Source: a virus (taxonomy: Duplodnaviria > Heunggongvirae > Uroviricota > Caudoviricetes). Taken from it: a stretch of DNA of 55,726 nucleotides. Below the pieces are notes generated by a model. That model had not been told where the DNA came from. It saw only the letters and a list, made by a program, of their open reading frames with translations, and did no database searches. A program made the translations under genes and the position numbers. The DNA lies in the IMG/VR virus record IMGVR_UViG_2916199983_000001, one strand, 5' to 3'. How positions within the stretch are numbered: position 1 is the first letter of the stretch; each line of letters opens with the position of its first letter. This document shows, piece by piece, positions 1-10,087 of the stretch.

Positions 1-1
1 C

Positions 2-307
2 AGTGAGAACGAGATAGCCCTGGTAACGCTTCACAGTATGGCTGTCGCACACCACAACCATCTTTTTGCCACGAGGGTTCGTCCAGTAGAACGACTCAAC
101 GGCCGCGCGTGCCGTCAAAAAGTCATCGACGGCATTAATAACGTCGTAAGAGCGCGTAAATGTCAGGCTCCACTCTTCTTTAATGCGATTGAGACCTTTG
201 GCCTGGCGCTGTTCGTAATCGTCACCGAAATTCAGCACCGTCACGTTAGGCTTCACGGTCTTTTCCGACTCGTAGTCGGGATACCAGTTAAAAGTCAGTC
301 TTTCCAT
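2..307 (-). CDS. Minor tail protein (lambda gpM-like / distal tail), truncated by window edge; missing from ORF track
   Basis: Manual translation from ATG at 307: MERLTFNWYPDYESEKTVKPNVTVLNFGDDYEQRQAKGLNRIKEEWSLTF...ESFYWTNP; FGDxYEQR and FxWT motifs typical of gpM family; directly after tape measure. Confidence 0.85.
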   Translation of the reverse strand, partial: MERLTFNWYPDYESEKTVKPNVTVLNFGDDYEQRQAKGLNRIKEEWSLTFTRSYDVINAVDDFLTARAAVESFYWTNPRGKKMVVVCDSHTVKRYQGYLVLT

Positions 308-348
308 CTCACATCCTTGTGAGGCTGCCCCTTCCGGGGCAGCCGTGG

Positions 349-3300
349 TTAGTTACGTTGAGAGTTAGGGTTGAGCGAACCGCCTGGCCGCTTCTCCTGA
401 GCGATGGTTTCAAGCGCGATCGCCTTCATGCGCTGCGCTGCCTGACTCCATGCGCCTTCGGAATTGCTGTTCTCCGAAACACTGCCGTCGCTGTTGACGT
501 TGATCTCAATGCTGACAGGTGAGAAAACGCCGCCACCGCCGCCTTTAACACCCTCTGCGTTGAGCGTAACCGGGATGGAACGCCCATCCGGAAGCGGAAC
601 GTAGGCTTCGTTCATATCCCCTTCACCAAACAGCGCCAGCTGTGGAGAGTCAGCGATGCCACCTTTCTGGTACGCACGCAGCGGAACCACGCCGTCTTTC
701 CCGAAAATGCCGCCTTTGGCGAACTTCGGAATTGCCGGGATGCCGCCAGTACCATCAGATGCCGATCCGGTGAGATTGTTGAACCCGGAGTTAGAGCCGG
801 AGGAACCCGATCCGATGTTGTCGAAGCCACCACCAGCCCAGGCAGACACCAGCCCAGAGGCAATGGTAGCGCCGAAGCTCAACCACTTATTGCCAGAGCC
901 GGACATGTTTGCTCCCAGCATGGCAAACGCGGCAGAAAGCGCCCCCGTGACAGAGCTAAGGTTCTGCATGGAGAAGATGGATGTCTTCACCGCTTTGGTT
1001 TCCGCGTCTTTGGCTTCAGTACTGGTGAACAGTCCATTCACCCAGCTGCCGATCGCGTTGGTTGCAGAGCCAATCGCGCTGGTCGTCTGCTGAGTGGTCT
1101 GCCCCAGACCGGAGACCGAGCTGGAGGTCTCTTTCGTCGCCTCACCCACGCTCTTATCGCCGTTGACCGCATTCATCCGGACGCCCTGGTTGGCAACCGC
1201 TGATGCGACACCAGAAAGCAGATTGCCGCTCTGAGAGCTGCCCGCTGCCGTCGTTCCCATCCCCAGCATGTTCATGAGAGGCAGGGTGATCTGCGTCTTC
1301 ACAACCATGTTGGTGATGTCGCGGAGGATGGATTCTGCCAGGCTGGAGAAGTCCATTTTCCCCTTCATGACGAAGTCGGTCAGCGTATCCGTCATGTTGC
1401 TGAACAGGTTGCTCCAGCTGTTTTCCAGCTGATCGGCCAGATTCTCGTACTCAAGCGCCAGCTTCTGTGTCGCCGTACCCGTCTCTTTGATGAGAGCGGT
1501 GTTGCCTGCCGCCACCAGCTGGTTAATCTGCTTGGTGTAAAGCGCCACGATTTTCGGATCAGAAGCCTGGTCACGCAGATCCATCAACGCTTTCAGGTTA
1601 CGGTTGTAGGTGTCGTTGAAATCGGCCACCTTCTCTTCACGAGACGGCTTGTAACCCGCGCTGATGATGGAATCGGATTCCGGCGCCCAGGTGGAGATCA
1701 TCTGCTCGACGTTGCGGCGGTTGAACATCTCGCGATAGTCGTCGCTCGCGTTAGCCAGGTCAGCCAGGCGTGACTTGGCTTTGTCGATCATCTCCTGAGT
1801 GATGAACTCATTCGGTACGGCGTTGGCCAGTTCGGTCAGCGATTTGGTGGTATCGCGTAGAGACTGGTCAAACGACACGGTCGCTTTAGAGCTTTCACCC
1901 ATCTGCCCCATAAGCTGATCGGCTTTATCCAGCGCTTTCTGGTAGCCGGCCGCCAGCTTACGCTGCGCATTTTCTTCCTTCCGTGCGGCACGCTGAGAAG
2001 CATTGGCAGTACGCTGCCCGGCTTTTTCCGCAGCTGCGGCGTCCTGCTCACGCGCTTTGGTTAGTGCGGCGATCGCTGCTGCACGTTCCTCGTCGCTCAT
2101 TTTCTCCAGAGAGCTGGCGCTGGAGGCTTTCTGCAGGTTCAGTTGGGTTTTGAGCTGCTTCGGCCCAATGATCGGCTTACCTTCGAAGTCCAGCATCGCC
2201 GTACCGTCTGGCAACGTGCGCTGATAGGTTGCGGAGTCCATCTGGTTGCGCATGTACTGCGCCAGAGCTTTCTGGGCCGCCTTGTCGCTCGTACCAAGCC
2301 CCAAAACGGTTCCCTGGTTGGACATGACACCCTTACCAGTTTTGGCAGCGTTATCACGCTCAAACTCGGCCTGAGTCAACTCCTGAGCGACAGCTTCCAG
2401 ATGCTCCTGATAGCCTCGAATACTGCCTTGTAGCTTCTGAATCTGCTCGGTATTGCCCTCTTTCTTCGCTTTTTCGAGCAGATCGTTGTAGTGGGCAATC
2501 TGCTTCTCGGTCGCGTTTTTACGGGAGGACAGTGAATCGACCAGTTTTTGCGCCGGTTCCAGGTATGACTTGTTCACCGTTTCACGGAGCGGTGCGAGAA
2601 GTTTGTTCTTCTCATCGTCAGACAGTGATTTGTCGTCATTGATTTTCTGGATCTTGTCCAGAGCCTCCTGACGTGCTTTCACAAATGTCGCAGAGAAGAC
2701 CTGATTGTCGGCCCGGATTTTCTCAATCTGGGATTCTGCTGCCTCTTTAGCCAGACGTTTGGCTACAGCCCCGTCACCCAGCGCAATGGTGCCGGTAATC
2801 TTCTGGTACTCTTCCTGATTCTTCTTCAGGCGAGCCTCGATATCGGCTTTTGACTCTTTGTGAGTGACAGCGCCAACAGAGTTGGACACATAGCTCACGC
2901 TTTCGCCTGTTTTGAGCGCTCGCTGGTCTGCGATGATCTCTTTTTCGAGCTTTTCCGCACGCTCTGCCATCTGCGCACGTTTGGCCGCCGTCATCGCTTC
3001 CGGGATTTTGCGGATCTCGTCAACGACTTTTGACGTTTCGCTGCGGAGCATGGTCATATACGTGATAAGACCGGCTACAGCCACGGTAGCGACGGTGAAC
3101 GCTGCACCAATGGGGTTTGCTGCGATGAACGCAGTTAGCCCAGCGAATGCCCCCTGTAACCCCGTGATCGCGCCACGGATAGCGAAGATCAGCGATGGGA
3201 TTGGAGCCAGACCCATACGAGCCGCACGATTAAAGCGGGTGACAGCTGTCGCGCCCAGATTGAACGGCGCCTGGATGACAGTCGACATCGTCGCAAACGT

Positions 3301-4932
3301 GTTAACCATCTGCCCGGCAGTGCCAATCACGCCCATGATGCCCGCACGCATCAGTTTGAACGCCACCATAGCGGCCACTACTTTGCCCAGGTTGACAATC
3401 AACTCCTGGTTTTTCGCCAGCCACTGCGCCAGCTCACGTAAGCTGTCGATTGCGGTGGTAAGTCCGGAACCCAGCGAGTTAGCGAACGAAATGCCCTCTG
3501 CGCTATTCATGATGGAGGCCAGCTCTTTCATCCCCTTTGAGAGAGAATCCAGATAGCCCGCCTGACCGACACGATCGGCAAACAGCGTAAAGGAGGTTTG
3601 CAATTGCGCCAGCGCACCAGTGTAGGTTTGCATCATGTCTTTGGCGGCGTTTTCGTTCTCCGCACGCAGACCAACGAACATCAGCGATAGCGCCTGTTTC
3701 GCTTCCACAGTACCGGTGGAGACTGCTTTGGTCAGTTCCCCCATAGTGATACCGGCAGCGTCTGCCATCGCCTTCATCGCGTTAGGAACGGCTTCACCTA
3801 ATTGCTGACGCAGTTCTTCCATCGACACGACGCCCTTACCGGACATCTGCTGGACAGCCACGGCAGCACGTTTAAGCAGCTCGCTATCGCCGCCGAAGCG
3901 TGCAACGGAGTCCACCAGTGCTTTCAGCGATCCGTCAGTAGGATCGAGACCTGCCGAGCGGAATTTAACGAAGGAATCGGTCAGCGCCTGCATCGCAAAC
4001 GGGGCGTTTTGCGCCATATCCACGATGTACTGCATATCCTCTGCGGCTGCTTTACCAGGGTTGGCCTTGTCCTTGTTCAGCCCGCGCAACATGACGCGCA
4101 TACGCTCCATTTCGGAGGCGGCTTCGACGATTGGCTTCTGCCAGCCAAACAGGATGTCAGTTACCGTTCTTGCCGCATCACCAATCTCGCCCAGCAGGAA
4201 AATATTGCCGCGCAGACCAGAGAACATGCCATTTTCAGCACCGCGCCCGCCGTGGCCATTTGTACCGCCACGTCGACCACCGCCACCATTACCACCGCCC
4301 TCACCGTAGCCGCTGGTGCGCACACGTACCGGCTTGCTGATCAGTTGCTGGCGGCCAATCACGGCATCCATCTGATCGCGGACTTTCTTCAGCCCCTCGG
4401 CAGCCTGGCTCGTTGTGACGCCCCAATTACTGAGACGCTTCGTCGTGGTGTTAAGGCGCGTATTCATGCCACTCACGGATGAAGAGGCTTCTTTTACTTC
4501 CGTACCGAAGCGGCTGGCGCTCTTGCCAGCGAACGTTGCCCAATCGGAAAACTCGTTGAGTTCAGACTGAACCTTGCGCAGCGATGTGGTGAGTTTATTA
4601 ACGGATGAGGTGGTTGTGTCGACGCGCTCAATCAGGGTTTTGAGACCTGAGTTGAGGCTGGTAATGTTGCCTCGCGTCTTGCGCGAAACATCAGACACAA
4701 GCTCGAAGCCGGCAGCTACATCCTGTAGTTTGTCTGCCGTGGCATCGAGCTTGGACTCCAGAACGCCGATGATGCGGGAGACCGAACCCAACGAGCGTTC
4801 CAGATTGTTAATTTTCTGAGCGGGCTTTGTGGCCTGCTCCCCGAATCTGGTAAGTAGCTTACCCGCCCGGTCGATTGACGCTGTAAACTGCTTGTCTTCC
4901 AGCGACAGGATAAACTCTACGTTTTGTGACAT
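349..4932 (-). CDS. Tail tape measure protein (~1527 aa)
   Basis: Very long Ala-rich helical ORF after tail chaperones; tape-measure motif QMSGKGVVSMEELRQQLGEAVP; lambda-type C-terminus (FAKGG...GEGDMNEAYVPL); ATG at 4932 preferred over TTG at 4953. Confidence 0.93.
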   Translation of the reverse strand: MSQNVEFILSLEDKQFTASIDRAGKLLTRFGEQATKPAQKINNLERSLGSVSRIIGVLESKLDATADKLQDVAAGFELVSDVSRKTRGNITSLNSGLKTLIERVDTTTSSVNKLTTSLRKVQSELNEFSDWATFAGKSASRFGTEVKEASSSVSGMNTRLNTTTKRLSNWGVTTSQAAEGLKKVRDQMDAVIGRQQLISKPVRVRTSGYGEGGGNGGGGRRGGTNGHGGRGAENGMFSGLRGNIFLLGEIGDAARTVTDILFGWQKPIVEAASEMERMRVMLRGLNKDKANPGKAAAEDMQYIVDMAQNAPFAMQALTDSFVKFRSAGLDPTDGSLKALVDSVARFGGDSELLKRAAVAVQQMSGKGVVSMEELRQQLGEAVPNAMKAMADAAGITMGELTKAVSTGTVEAKQALSLMFVGLRAENENAAKDMMQTYTGALAQLQTSFTLFADRVGQAGYLDSLSKGMKELASIMNSAEGISFANSLGSGLTTAIDSLRELAQWLAKNQELIVNLGKVVAAMVAFKLMRAGIMGVIGTAGQMVNTFATMSTVIQAPFNLGATAVTRFNRAARMGLAPIPSLIFAIRGAITGLQGAFAGLTAFIAANPIGAAFTVATVAVAGLITYMTMLRSETSKVVDEIRKIPEAMTAAKRAQMAERAEKLEKEIIADQRALKTGESVSYVSNSVGAVTHKESKADIEARLKKNQEEYQKITGTIALGDGAVAKRLAKEAAESQIEKIRADNQVFSATFVKARQEALDKIQKINDDKSLSDDEKNKLLAPLRETVNKSYLEPAQKLVDSLSSRKNATEKQIAHYNDLLEKAKKEGNTEQIQKLQGSIRGYQEHLEAVAQELTQAEFERDNAAKTGKGVMSNQGTVLGLGTSDKAAQKALAQYMRNQMDSATYQRTLPDGTAMLDFEGKPIIGPKQLKTQLNLQKASSASSLEKMSDEERAAAIAALTKAREQDAAAAEKAGQRTANASQRAARKEENAQRKLAAGYQKALDKADQLMGQMGESSKATVSFDQSLRDTTKSLTELANAVPNEFITQEMIDKAKSRLADLANASDDYREMFNRRNVEQMISTWAPESDSIISAGYKPSREEKVADFNDTYNRNLKALMDLRDQASDPKIVALYTKQINQLVAAGNTALIKETGTATQKLALEYENLADQLENSWSNLFSNMTDTLTDFVMKGKMDFSSLAESILRDITNMVVKTQITLPLMNMLGMGTTAAGSSQSGNLLSGVASAVANQGVRMNAVNGDKSVGEATKETSSSVSGLGQTTQQTTSAIGSATNAIGSWVNGLFTSTEAKDAETKAVKTSIFSMQNLSSVTGALSAAFAMLGANMSGSGNKWLSFGATIASGLVSAWAGGGFDNIGSGSSGSNSGFNNLTGSASDGTGGIPAIPKFAKGGIFGKDGVVPLRAYQKGGIADSPQLALFGEGDMNEAYVPLPDGRSIPVTLNAEGVKGGGGGVFSPVSIEINVNSDGSVSENSNSEGAWSQAAQRMKAIALETIAQEKRPGGSLNPNSQRN

Positions 4933-4939
4933 TCCCTTG

Positions 4940-5296
4940 TCATCCTCTGCCAAAAATTTGCATCAGTTGCTCTTTGGCGTCAGGGTCTGCCTTATCCTTG
5001 CGTGGATCGTAGACTTTATCGGTTACGACTGGTCTTCCAATCCTGAGTTGCAAACCCTCCATGAACGCCTTCACGCCCTCGCCATCTGCCTGGGCAGCGC
5101 GAGCGACTTGCAGGTTGCGGACATCCTCTTCCGCGCGCAGACGGTCGATGTTGCGACTGAGCATCCAGAACATCGTTAGAGGGACGCCCAGCAGCTCTAA
5201 TGGCGACACGGCGTAGTGAGCAACTACACGACTGAAATAGAATCCGAGATCTATCGATACGGTCTTTACCCCGGATTCATCGCGGGAAATTACTTT
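4940..5296 (-). CDS. Tail assembly chaperone, gpT-like frameshift extension
   Basis: The -1 frame is open from 5296 into ORF 4940-5209 with no stop; located between the gpG-like gene and tape measure. Confidence 0.75.
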   Translation of the reverse strand, partial: KVISRDESGVKTVSIDLGFYFSRVVAHYAVSPLELLGVPLTMFWMLSRNIDRLRAEEDVRNLQVARAAQADGEGVKAFMEGLQLRIGRPVVTDKVYDPRKDKADPDAKEQLMQIFGRG

Positions 5297-5607
5297 GCCC
5301 CTTCACCAGCCGCTTTTTCGTTCTCTTCATCAATCACTTCCATAGCGAAGGTGAAGATCTGCTGGAGCTGCGGAACAGTCAGTTTTTCCAGTACAGCGTC
5401 CGGCACGGATGGGATGACCTTGCGAACCAGGTCGGCGTAAGCAGTTACCTGCTCAACAGGCGACATGTTCTGAAGGTCTTTGCCTTCCATCTGCTTGATG
5501 GAGACGAACAGGCCAACAGTCATTTCAACGATGGGGTATTCCTGACCGCCGAACTTGATGCTTTTCTTCGGAGGCAGAATGGAGTCGAGATCGAGTAATT
5601 TGGTCAT
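5290..5607 (-). CDS. Tail assembly chaperone, gpG-like
   Basis: 105 aa ORF between major tail and tape measure; ends GGG GCA AAG TAA at a candidate slippery site. Confidence 0.8.
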   Translation of the reverse strand: MTKLLDLDSILPPKKSIKFGGQEYPIVEMTVGLFVSIKQMEGKDLQNMSPVEQVTAYADLVRKVIPSVPDAVLEKLTVPQLQQIFTFAMEVIDEENEKAAGEGAK

Positions 5608-5623
5608 TGGTTAAAGTCCTTTT

Positions 5624-5649
5624 AAAAGAGAGGCTCTTCCTGAGCCTCT
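5624..5649 (-). terminator. Intrinsic terminator after major tail gene
   Basis: AGAGGCTC-5nt-GAGCCTCT stem followed by CTTTT on minus strand. Confidence 0.65.
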
Positions 5650-5666
5650 GCTTAGTTACGTCGCGA

Positions 5667-6413
5667 TTATTCGGCAGAATTAACCGTTACTGCTTTGGTC
5701 GCTTTCTTGCCGCCGCTATTGCTGGTAAAGGAGATATTTGCCGAACCTTCAGCTACTCCGCGAACCAGACCAGTCTGGTCAACGGTTGCTTTCTCCTGAT
5801 TGTCGGATTCCCACACACCGGTTTTATCGCCGGCATCTGCAGGGGTGATCTGGGCAGTCAGCTGCACGGTCTCACCGGCTTTAACTTCCGGAGATTCCGG
5901 AGAGATAGAGACGGTTTTAACCGGCTTTGGGCCGCTCATTTTCCCCAGCACGCCGTCGTCATCCGGGTAAGCGGTGAACTGAACGGAGAACACGCGAACA
6001 TCATCAGACTGGTAGGTCATGGTGAAGTTACCTGCGGTCGCAGCTTTCGGGATGGTCAGAACGTAGTCGGTGGTATCCTGCGGGGTCAGAACCAGCTCTT
6101 TGGCTACGTCGATCAGGTTGATGCCCTGTGCGGAAGTGATGGTCACAGCGTTATCTTCTTCGCTCAGGGTAGATCCCGGCATCAGATCGACCATATTCTG
6201 CAACACAGACTCGGCCAGCGGCGCAGTGATAGTGATGTTACGACCCTGCACCAGCTCGGAGATGGTGGTCTGCCCCAGCTGGTCTACGGTGACTTTCAGA
6301 GTTTCGGTCGCAACCTCAACCTGAACACCGCCTTTGGTGTAACCCAGATCAACGCCACCAAACGACACTTTGCAGGCGCCAAGTTTGATGTTTTTTACAT
6401 GGGTATTGGACAT
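5667..6413 (-). CDS. Major tail tube protein with C-terminal Ig-like (Big_2) domain
   Basis: N-terminal DLGYTKGGV tail-tube motif; C-terminal VSISPES...TVQLTAQITP...WESDNQEKATVDQTGLVRGVAEG Big_2 pattern. Confidence 0.88.
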   Translation of the reverse strand: MSNTHVKNIKLGACKVSFGGVDLGYTKGGVQVEVATETLKVTVDQLGQTTISELVQGRNITITAPLAESVLQNMVDLMPGSTLSEEDNAVTITSAQGINLIDVAKELVLTPQDTTDYVLTIPKAATAGNFTMTYQSDDVRVFSVQFTAYPDDDGVLGKMSGPKPVKTVSISPESPEVKAGETVQLTAQITPADAGDKTGVWESDNQEKATVDQTGLVRGVAEGSANISFTSNSGGKKATKAVTVNSAE

Positions 6414-6487
6414 TGTTGGAAAACTCCTTTTTCCGTTAAATCAGCACCTTCATGGCGCTAATGGTAAGTATATACTTACTTATTTTA

Positions 6488-6871
6488 TTAATTCAACAAA
6501 TAGCCCGCAAATTCAATCGGGATACCCGCTTCAATTAATGAGCCTTCGTTTTTGGGATAAGTGATCGGCATAGACATTGGCCGAACCAACCGGAAGTAAA
6601 CGCCCTCTGACACGGTTTCTTCGACCGGGAACATATCCATGATCTTATTGGCTTTCGCCACCGCCTTTGTGATCGTCGCATTACGCACGATGACGGTGAA
6701 AGAGTCGTGATAAAAGCCTTTCAACTCATGGTCAATAGCGATCCCCGTATTGGGATTAACCAACAGAACACCGGACTTCACATTGGCTGGCATGTAGTGA
6801 CAGAAAATGTCAGCGCCGACTGTACCGATCTTCGCCTTCTGCATCAGGCTCGCAAATGCTTCAATAAACAC
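6488..6871 (-). CDS. Tail completion/terminator protein
   Basis: 127 aa, position immediately before major tail; GTG start with GAGG RBS. Confidence 0.6.
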   Translation of the reverse strand: MFIEAFASLMQKAKIGTVGADIFCHYMPANVKSGVLLVNPNTGIAIDHELKGFYHDSFTVIVRNATITKAVAKANKIMDMFPVEETVSEGVYFRLVRPMSMPITYPKNEGSLIEAGIPIEFAGYLLN

Positions 6872-6872
6872 A

Positions 6873-7346
6873 TCAACCTCTCGTAAAACCTGCTTTCCTT
6901 GCCGCTTCTGCTATCGTCTGAGTGAACTGTTTTTCACTGATCTGTACGGCTCTCTCAAGGAACAAAGGCCCAACTCGTGGCTTCACACCAGCGACTGGCG
7001 GGTTGGTGACGCTCTTCATGCGAGAGAGATAGCCGAGACGATACTTGCCCAACTCCATGTACTCCGCATAATCGCCAACCTCAACGCCCGGATGCCCTTC
7101 GCGTGGTTTGGCTCCAAATACCGATAACTCAATACGAAGCCCGGTATAACCTTCTTTGACCACTCTCGCGAAGATCGCGCTTTCGAGTGAGCCAGTCTCC
7201 AGCGGGGCCATTGCCCGCGCAAGACGCTCAACCAGACGCGCCAGCTTCTCCATGTCACGGATGAGATAACGCTTAAAGGCTTTCTGGCTGTTATTGAGCC
7301 TGTCGCCAGCACGCTTAAACTGATGCGCGTCGTACTTCAGACCCAT
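6873..7346 (-). CDS. Neck/tail-completion protein (HK97 gp10-like)
   Basis: A(P)LETGSLESAI, YAEYMELG and PLFLERAV motifs typical of HK97 gp10 family; start MGLKY at 7346. Confidence 0.7.
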   Translation of the reverse strand: MGLKYDAHQFKRAGDRLNNSQKAFKRYLIRDMEKLARLVERLARAMAPLETGSLESAIFARVVKEGYTGLRIELSVFGAKPREGHPGVEVGDYAEYMELGKYRLGYLSRMKSVTNPPVAGVKPRVGPLFLERAVQISEKQFTQTIAEAARKAGFTRG

Positions 7347-7681
7347 ATGTTTGCCCCTACTTCCAGATGCCCTGGGCACCCACGCAGTCCCCAGCGACGA
7401 TGCACGCTGGATACCTTCAGCTTTTGCCCCTCCAGAATGAGAACGTCATCAAGCTGTACTGCGGCCTCAAGTGGGATCACCAGAACAGCATCGAACAATT
7501 CCAGATCCGCTTTACCGCGACTGCCGGAGCTGTCCGCACGTACCGATGATTTCTCGTTACTTTGCTCAAACTTAACGACGCCGACGTTCGTCTTCCTGAC
7601 GAACTGCAATTGCGCTTCACCGTAGACGTTCTTCGAACCCAGACGGTAAATCGCTATCTCTGCTTGCCATGAAATGTTCAT
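7337..7681 (-). CDS. Head closure / head-tail adaptor protein
   Basis: Small beta-rich ORF in neck cluster (NVYGE...LDDVLILEGQKLKV); ATG at 7681. Confidence 0.6.
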   Translation of the reverse strand: MNISWQAEIAIYRLGSKNVYGEAQLQFVRKTNVGVVKFEQSNEKSSVRADSSGSRGKADLELFDAVLVIPLEAAVQLDDVLILEGQKLKVSSVHRRWGLRGCPGHLEVGANIWV

Positions 7682-7778
7682 GCACTCTCCCTGTGGTTGG
7701 CAGCCGCACTCATTACCAGGCGAAGGCGCGATTGCTCGTCTTGAGCCTTTCGACCAGAAGTAAATAATGCGACTGGCG

Positions 7779-8612
7779 TTACGCACGGCGAACAATCATG
7801 CGGTTATTGATGTAACTGACCAGCAGTCGCCAGGTACTGCGAGCCACATGCACATTTGCCGCTTTGCCGGTGCGGTACATATTGGTCGTTTCACCAATGG
7901 ACTCAGACAGAATGCCGTCCTCGCGGGCTGCCGCTACGTCATTACCGTTAGCGATTTCGCAGGCTTCATTAACCACGGCCAGCATTAATGCCTGTTTGAA
8001 GTAGTCCGGGAACTCGTCGAATTTCTCAGGCGTCATCTGCTCCCAATCGATCAGATCGTGACGATATGCCCCGTCAGCGCCCCACGGAATGTCATAGACG
8101 TTCAGCATGTTTTGCGGGCGATCGTACCGGTCGAAGTCGATACGCAGGACTTTGCGGATTGAGAACGGCAGCGTTTTGACGCGTCTGGTGGCCTCAATGA
8201 GACGTTTGCGCATCAGCCCTTCGCCATCAGCTAACAGAGTGTCGCCGTTCAGCATATCGATAGCTTGCATCTGGGCGTCTGCGACCGTTGCGAATGACTG
8301 GCCTGGAATTGACAGCTCGAAGCTATTCAGCAGAACGTACATCTTGCGCTCTTCATGCGTCAGCCCGGATGCCACCGCTTTGACAATGACGTGTCGCAGA
8401 TCGCGCTCTTTATCTGAAAGAAGGTTGTGTTCGGCCGACACGACAACCGGAATGGACATCTGCCCCTCAGTAATATCGAGAGGTTCGTTATCGACGATGA
8501 TCGCACCTGCGCCATCTCTGACGGTATACGTGGCCGACTCAATATCCAGAACGTTAAATGCAAACGACAGGGAAACTGCTTCCCCGCTACGGTACGTGTC
8601 GATCTGCGCCAT
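7779..8612 (-). CDS. Head-tail connector protein
   Basis: Neck-cluster position; SFATVADA and LSESIGETT motifs resemble head-tail connectors. Confidence 0.55.
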   Translation of the reverse strand: MAQIDTYRSGEAVSLSFAFNVLDIESATYTVRDGAGAIIVDNEPLDITEGQMSIPVVVSAEHNLLSDKERDLRHVIVKAVASGLTHEERKMYVLLNSFELSIPGQSFATVADAQMQAIDMLNGDTLLADGEGLMRKRLIEATRRVKTLPFSIRKVLRIDFDRYDRPQNMLNVYDIPWGADGAYRHDLIDWEQMTPEKFDEFPDYFKQALMLAVVNEACEIANGNDVAAAREDGILSESIGETTNMYRTGKAANVHVARSTWRLLVSYINNRMIVRRA

Positions 8613-9046
8613 TACTCACCGCCCTGTGCTTTCAGGATGCCTTCGATCATTTCAACGATACCTTTGGCTTTCACGCCAATCTGGTTGCCGATCTGACGCA
8701 GACCAGCAATACCTTCACAGTCCGCAATCGACTCCAGCTCTTCACGAGTAAAGCGCTGTACCGGTTTGGCTTCCACTTCAGCCGTACCACGTTTCATTGG
8801 CACAATATCCGGGGCCGCCGTCTCGACAATGTCGTCCGCAGTTAAATCATTGCGGCTGCTGTACGCGGCAGAAGGAGATACATTTTTGCCTTCAACGGTA
8901 GTGGCACGCATGGAGGCACAAATCCGCTGCTGATCGATGAATGGCAGTTCGGCAACCGAGATGCCGTCGACAAACTGGATACCGCAGAGAATGCCCGTGT
9001 ACCCCAAAAATTGAGGCTCCAATAAACGAATTTTTGCTGGTTTCAT
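8612..9046 (-). CDS. Hypothetical virion-associated protein
   Basis: ORF in structural operon, stop overlaps next start; ATG at 9046. Confidence 0.6.
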   Translation of the reverse strand: MKPAKIRLLEPQFLGYTGILCGIQFVDGISVAELPFIDQQRICASMRATTVEGKNVSPSAAYSSRNDLTADDIVETAAPDIVPMKRGTAEVEAKPVQRFTREELESIADCEGIAGLRQIGNQIGVKAKGIVEMIEGILKAQGGE

Positions 9047-9089
9047 TCTTCTTCTCACTTAATGGGCGGCATCGCCGCCCATGTGTTGG

Positions 9090-10013
9090 TTACGCAGCCG
9101 GTGCTGCGGTCACTTCAACGGTCGCAGTGGCTTTGTGGCTACCGTCTTCCGTGGTGACTTCGATAGTGGCAGTACCTGCAGCCACACCGGTCACAAGTCC
9201 AGTTGCGCTATCAACCGTCGCGAACTCGGCATTTTTTGACGCCCAGGTTACGCGCTTATTGGTTGCGCCAGCCGGTTCGATGTTCGCGGTCAGCTGTACC
9301 GTTTTGTTGGCTTCAACGCTGGTGGTGCTCGGATCGACAGAGACGCCAGTAACAGCAACGACAGGCTCAGTGACTTCAACCGTAGCAGTAGCTTTATGGC
9401 TGCCATCCTGCGAAACCACTTCAATGGTTGCCGTACCAACGGCTACGCCAGCTACGTTACCGTTCTGGTCAACGGTCGCTTTGTCGCTATTTTTGGAAGT
9501 CCAGGTGACTCTTTTATTGGTTGCGTTTGACGGTTGTACATCAACGCGCAACTTGACCGATTTCCCCTTCTCAACAGAGGTAGAGTCTGGCGTTACCGTA
9601 ACGGACTCCACGCTGACAGGCTTAACGGTCACTTCGACTGACGCAGAAAGCTGAGTCTGCTTATCGGTGGCGGTGATCTTCACTTTTCCCGGAGTCACGC
9701 CAGTAACCAGACCCGTACCGCTGACTGTGGCGACCTGGTCATTGGCCGACGTCCAGGTGAATGAATCTGCGCTTTTGCTCATGGTGATACCTGCACTAAG
9801 TTGAACGGTTTTACCCACCAATACGGACGGCGCAGCCGGTGTAATGGTGACAGACTGAGTGAACGGAATTGCCCGGAAGCAAGCCGCAAGATGATTCTGC
9901 TGGCGCTCGCTCAGAGGCTCGTTGGAGATGGAATTGGTGAATTCGGCCCGGCACATATGCCCCGTGAAATCCGCAAACGCCTCTTCCGTGATCTTCATCT
10001 TTTGTTCTGGCAT
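9090..10013 (-). CDS. Ig-like domain (3x Big_2) protein, probable capsid decoration
   Basis: Three tandem repeats of V..GKTVQL.A.....A.NK.VTW.S.N...ATV...G.VTGV..G.A.I; directly after major capsid. Confidence 0.85.
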   Translation of the reverse strand: MPEQKMKITEEAFADFTGHMCRAEFTNSISNEPLSERQQNHLAACFRAIPFTQSVTITPAAPSVLVGKTVQLSAGITMSKSADSFTWTSANDQVATVSGTGLVTGVTPGKVKITATDKQTQLSASVEVTVKPVSVESVTVTPDSTSVEKGKSVKLRVDVQPSNATNKRVTWTSKNSDKATVDQNGNVAGVAVGTATIEVVSQDGSHKATATVEVTEPVVAVTGVSVDPSTTSVEANKTVQLTANIEPAGATNKRVTWASKNAEFATVDSATGLVTGVAAGTATIEVTTEDGSHKATATVEVTAAPAA

Positions 10014-10026
10014 TTCTCGCTCCTAC

Positions 10027-10052
10027 AAAAAGGGTGGGCGTATAGCCCACCC
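10027..10052 (-). terminator. Intrinsic terminator after major capsid gene
   Basis: GGGTGGGC-5nt-GCCCACCC followed by TTTTT on minus strand. Confidence 0.8.
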
Positions 10053-10087
10053 CTAAATAGTAGATAATTACTTACCTACTATACTGA

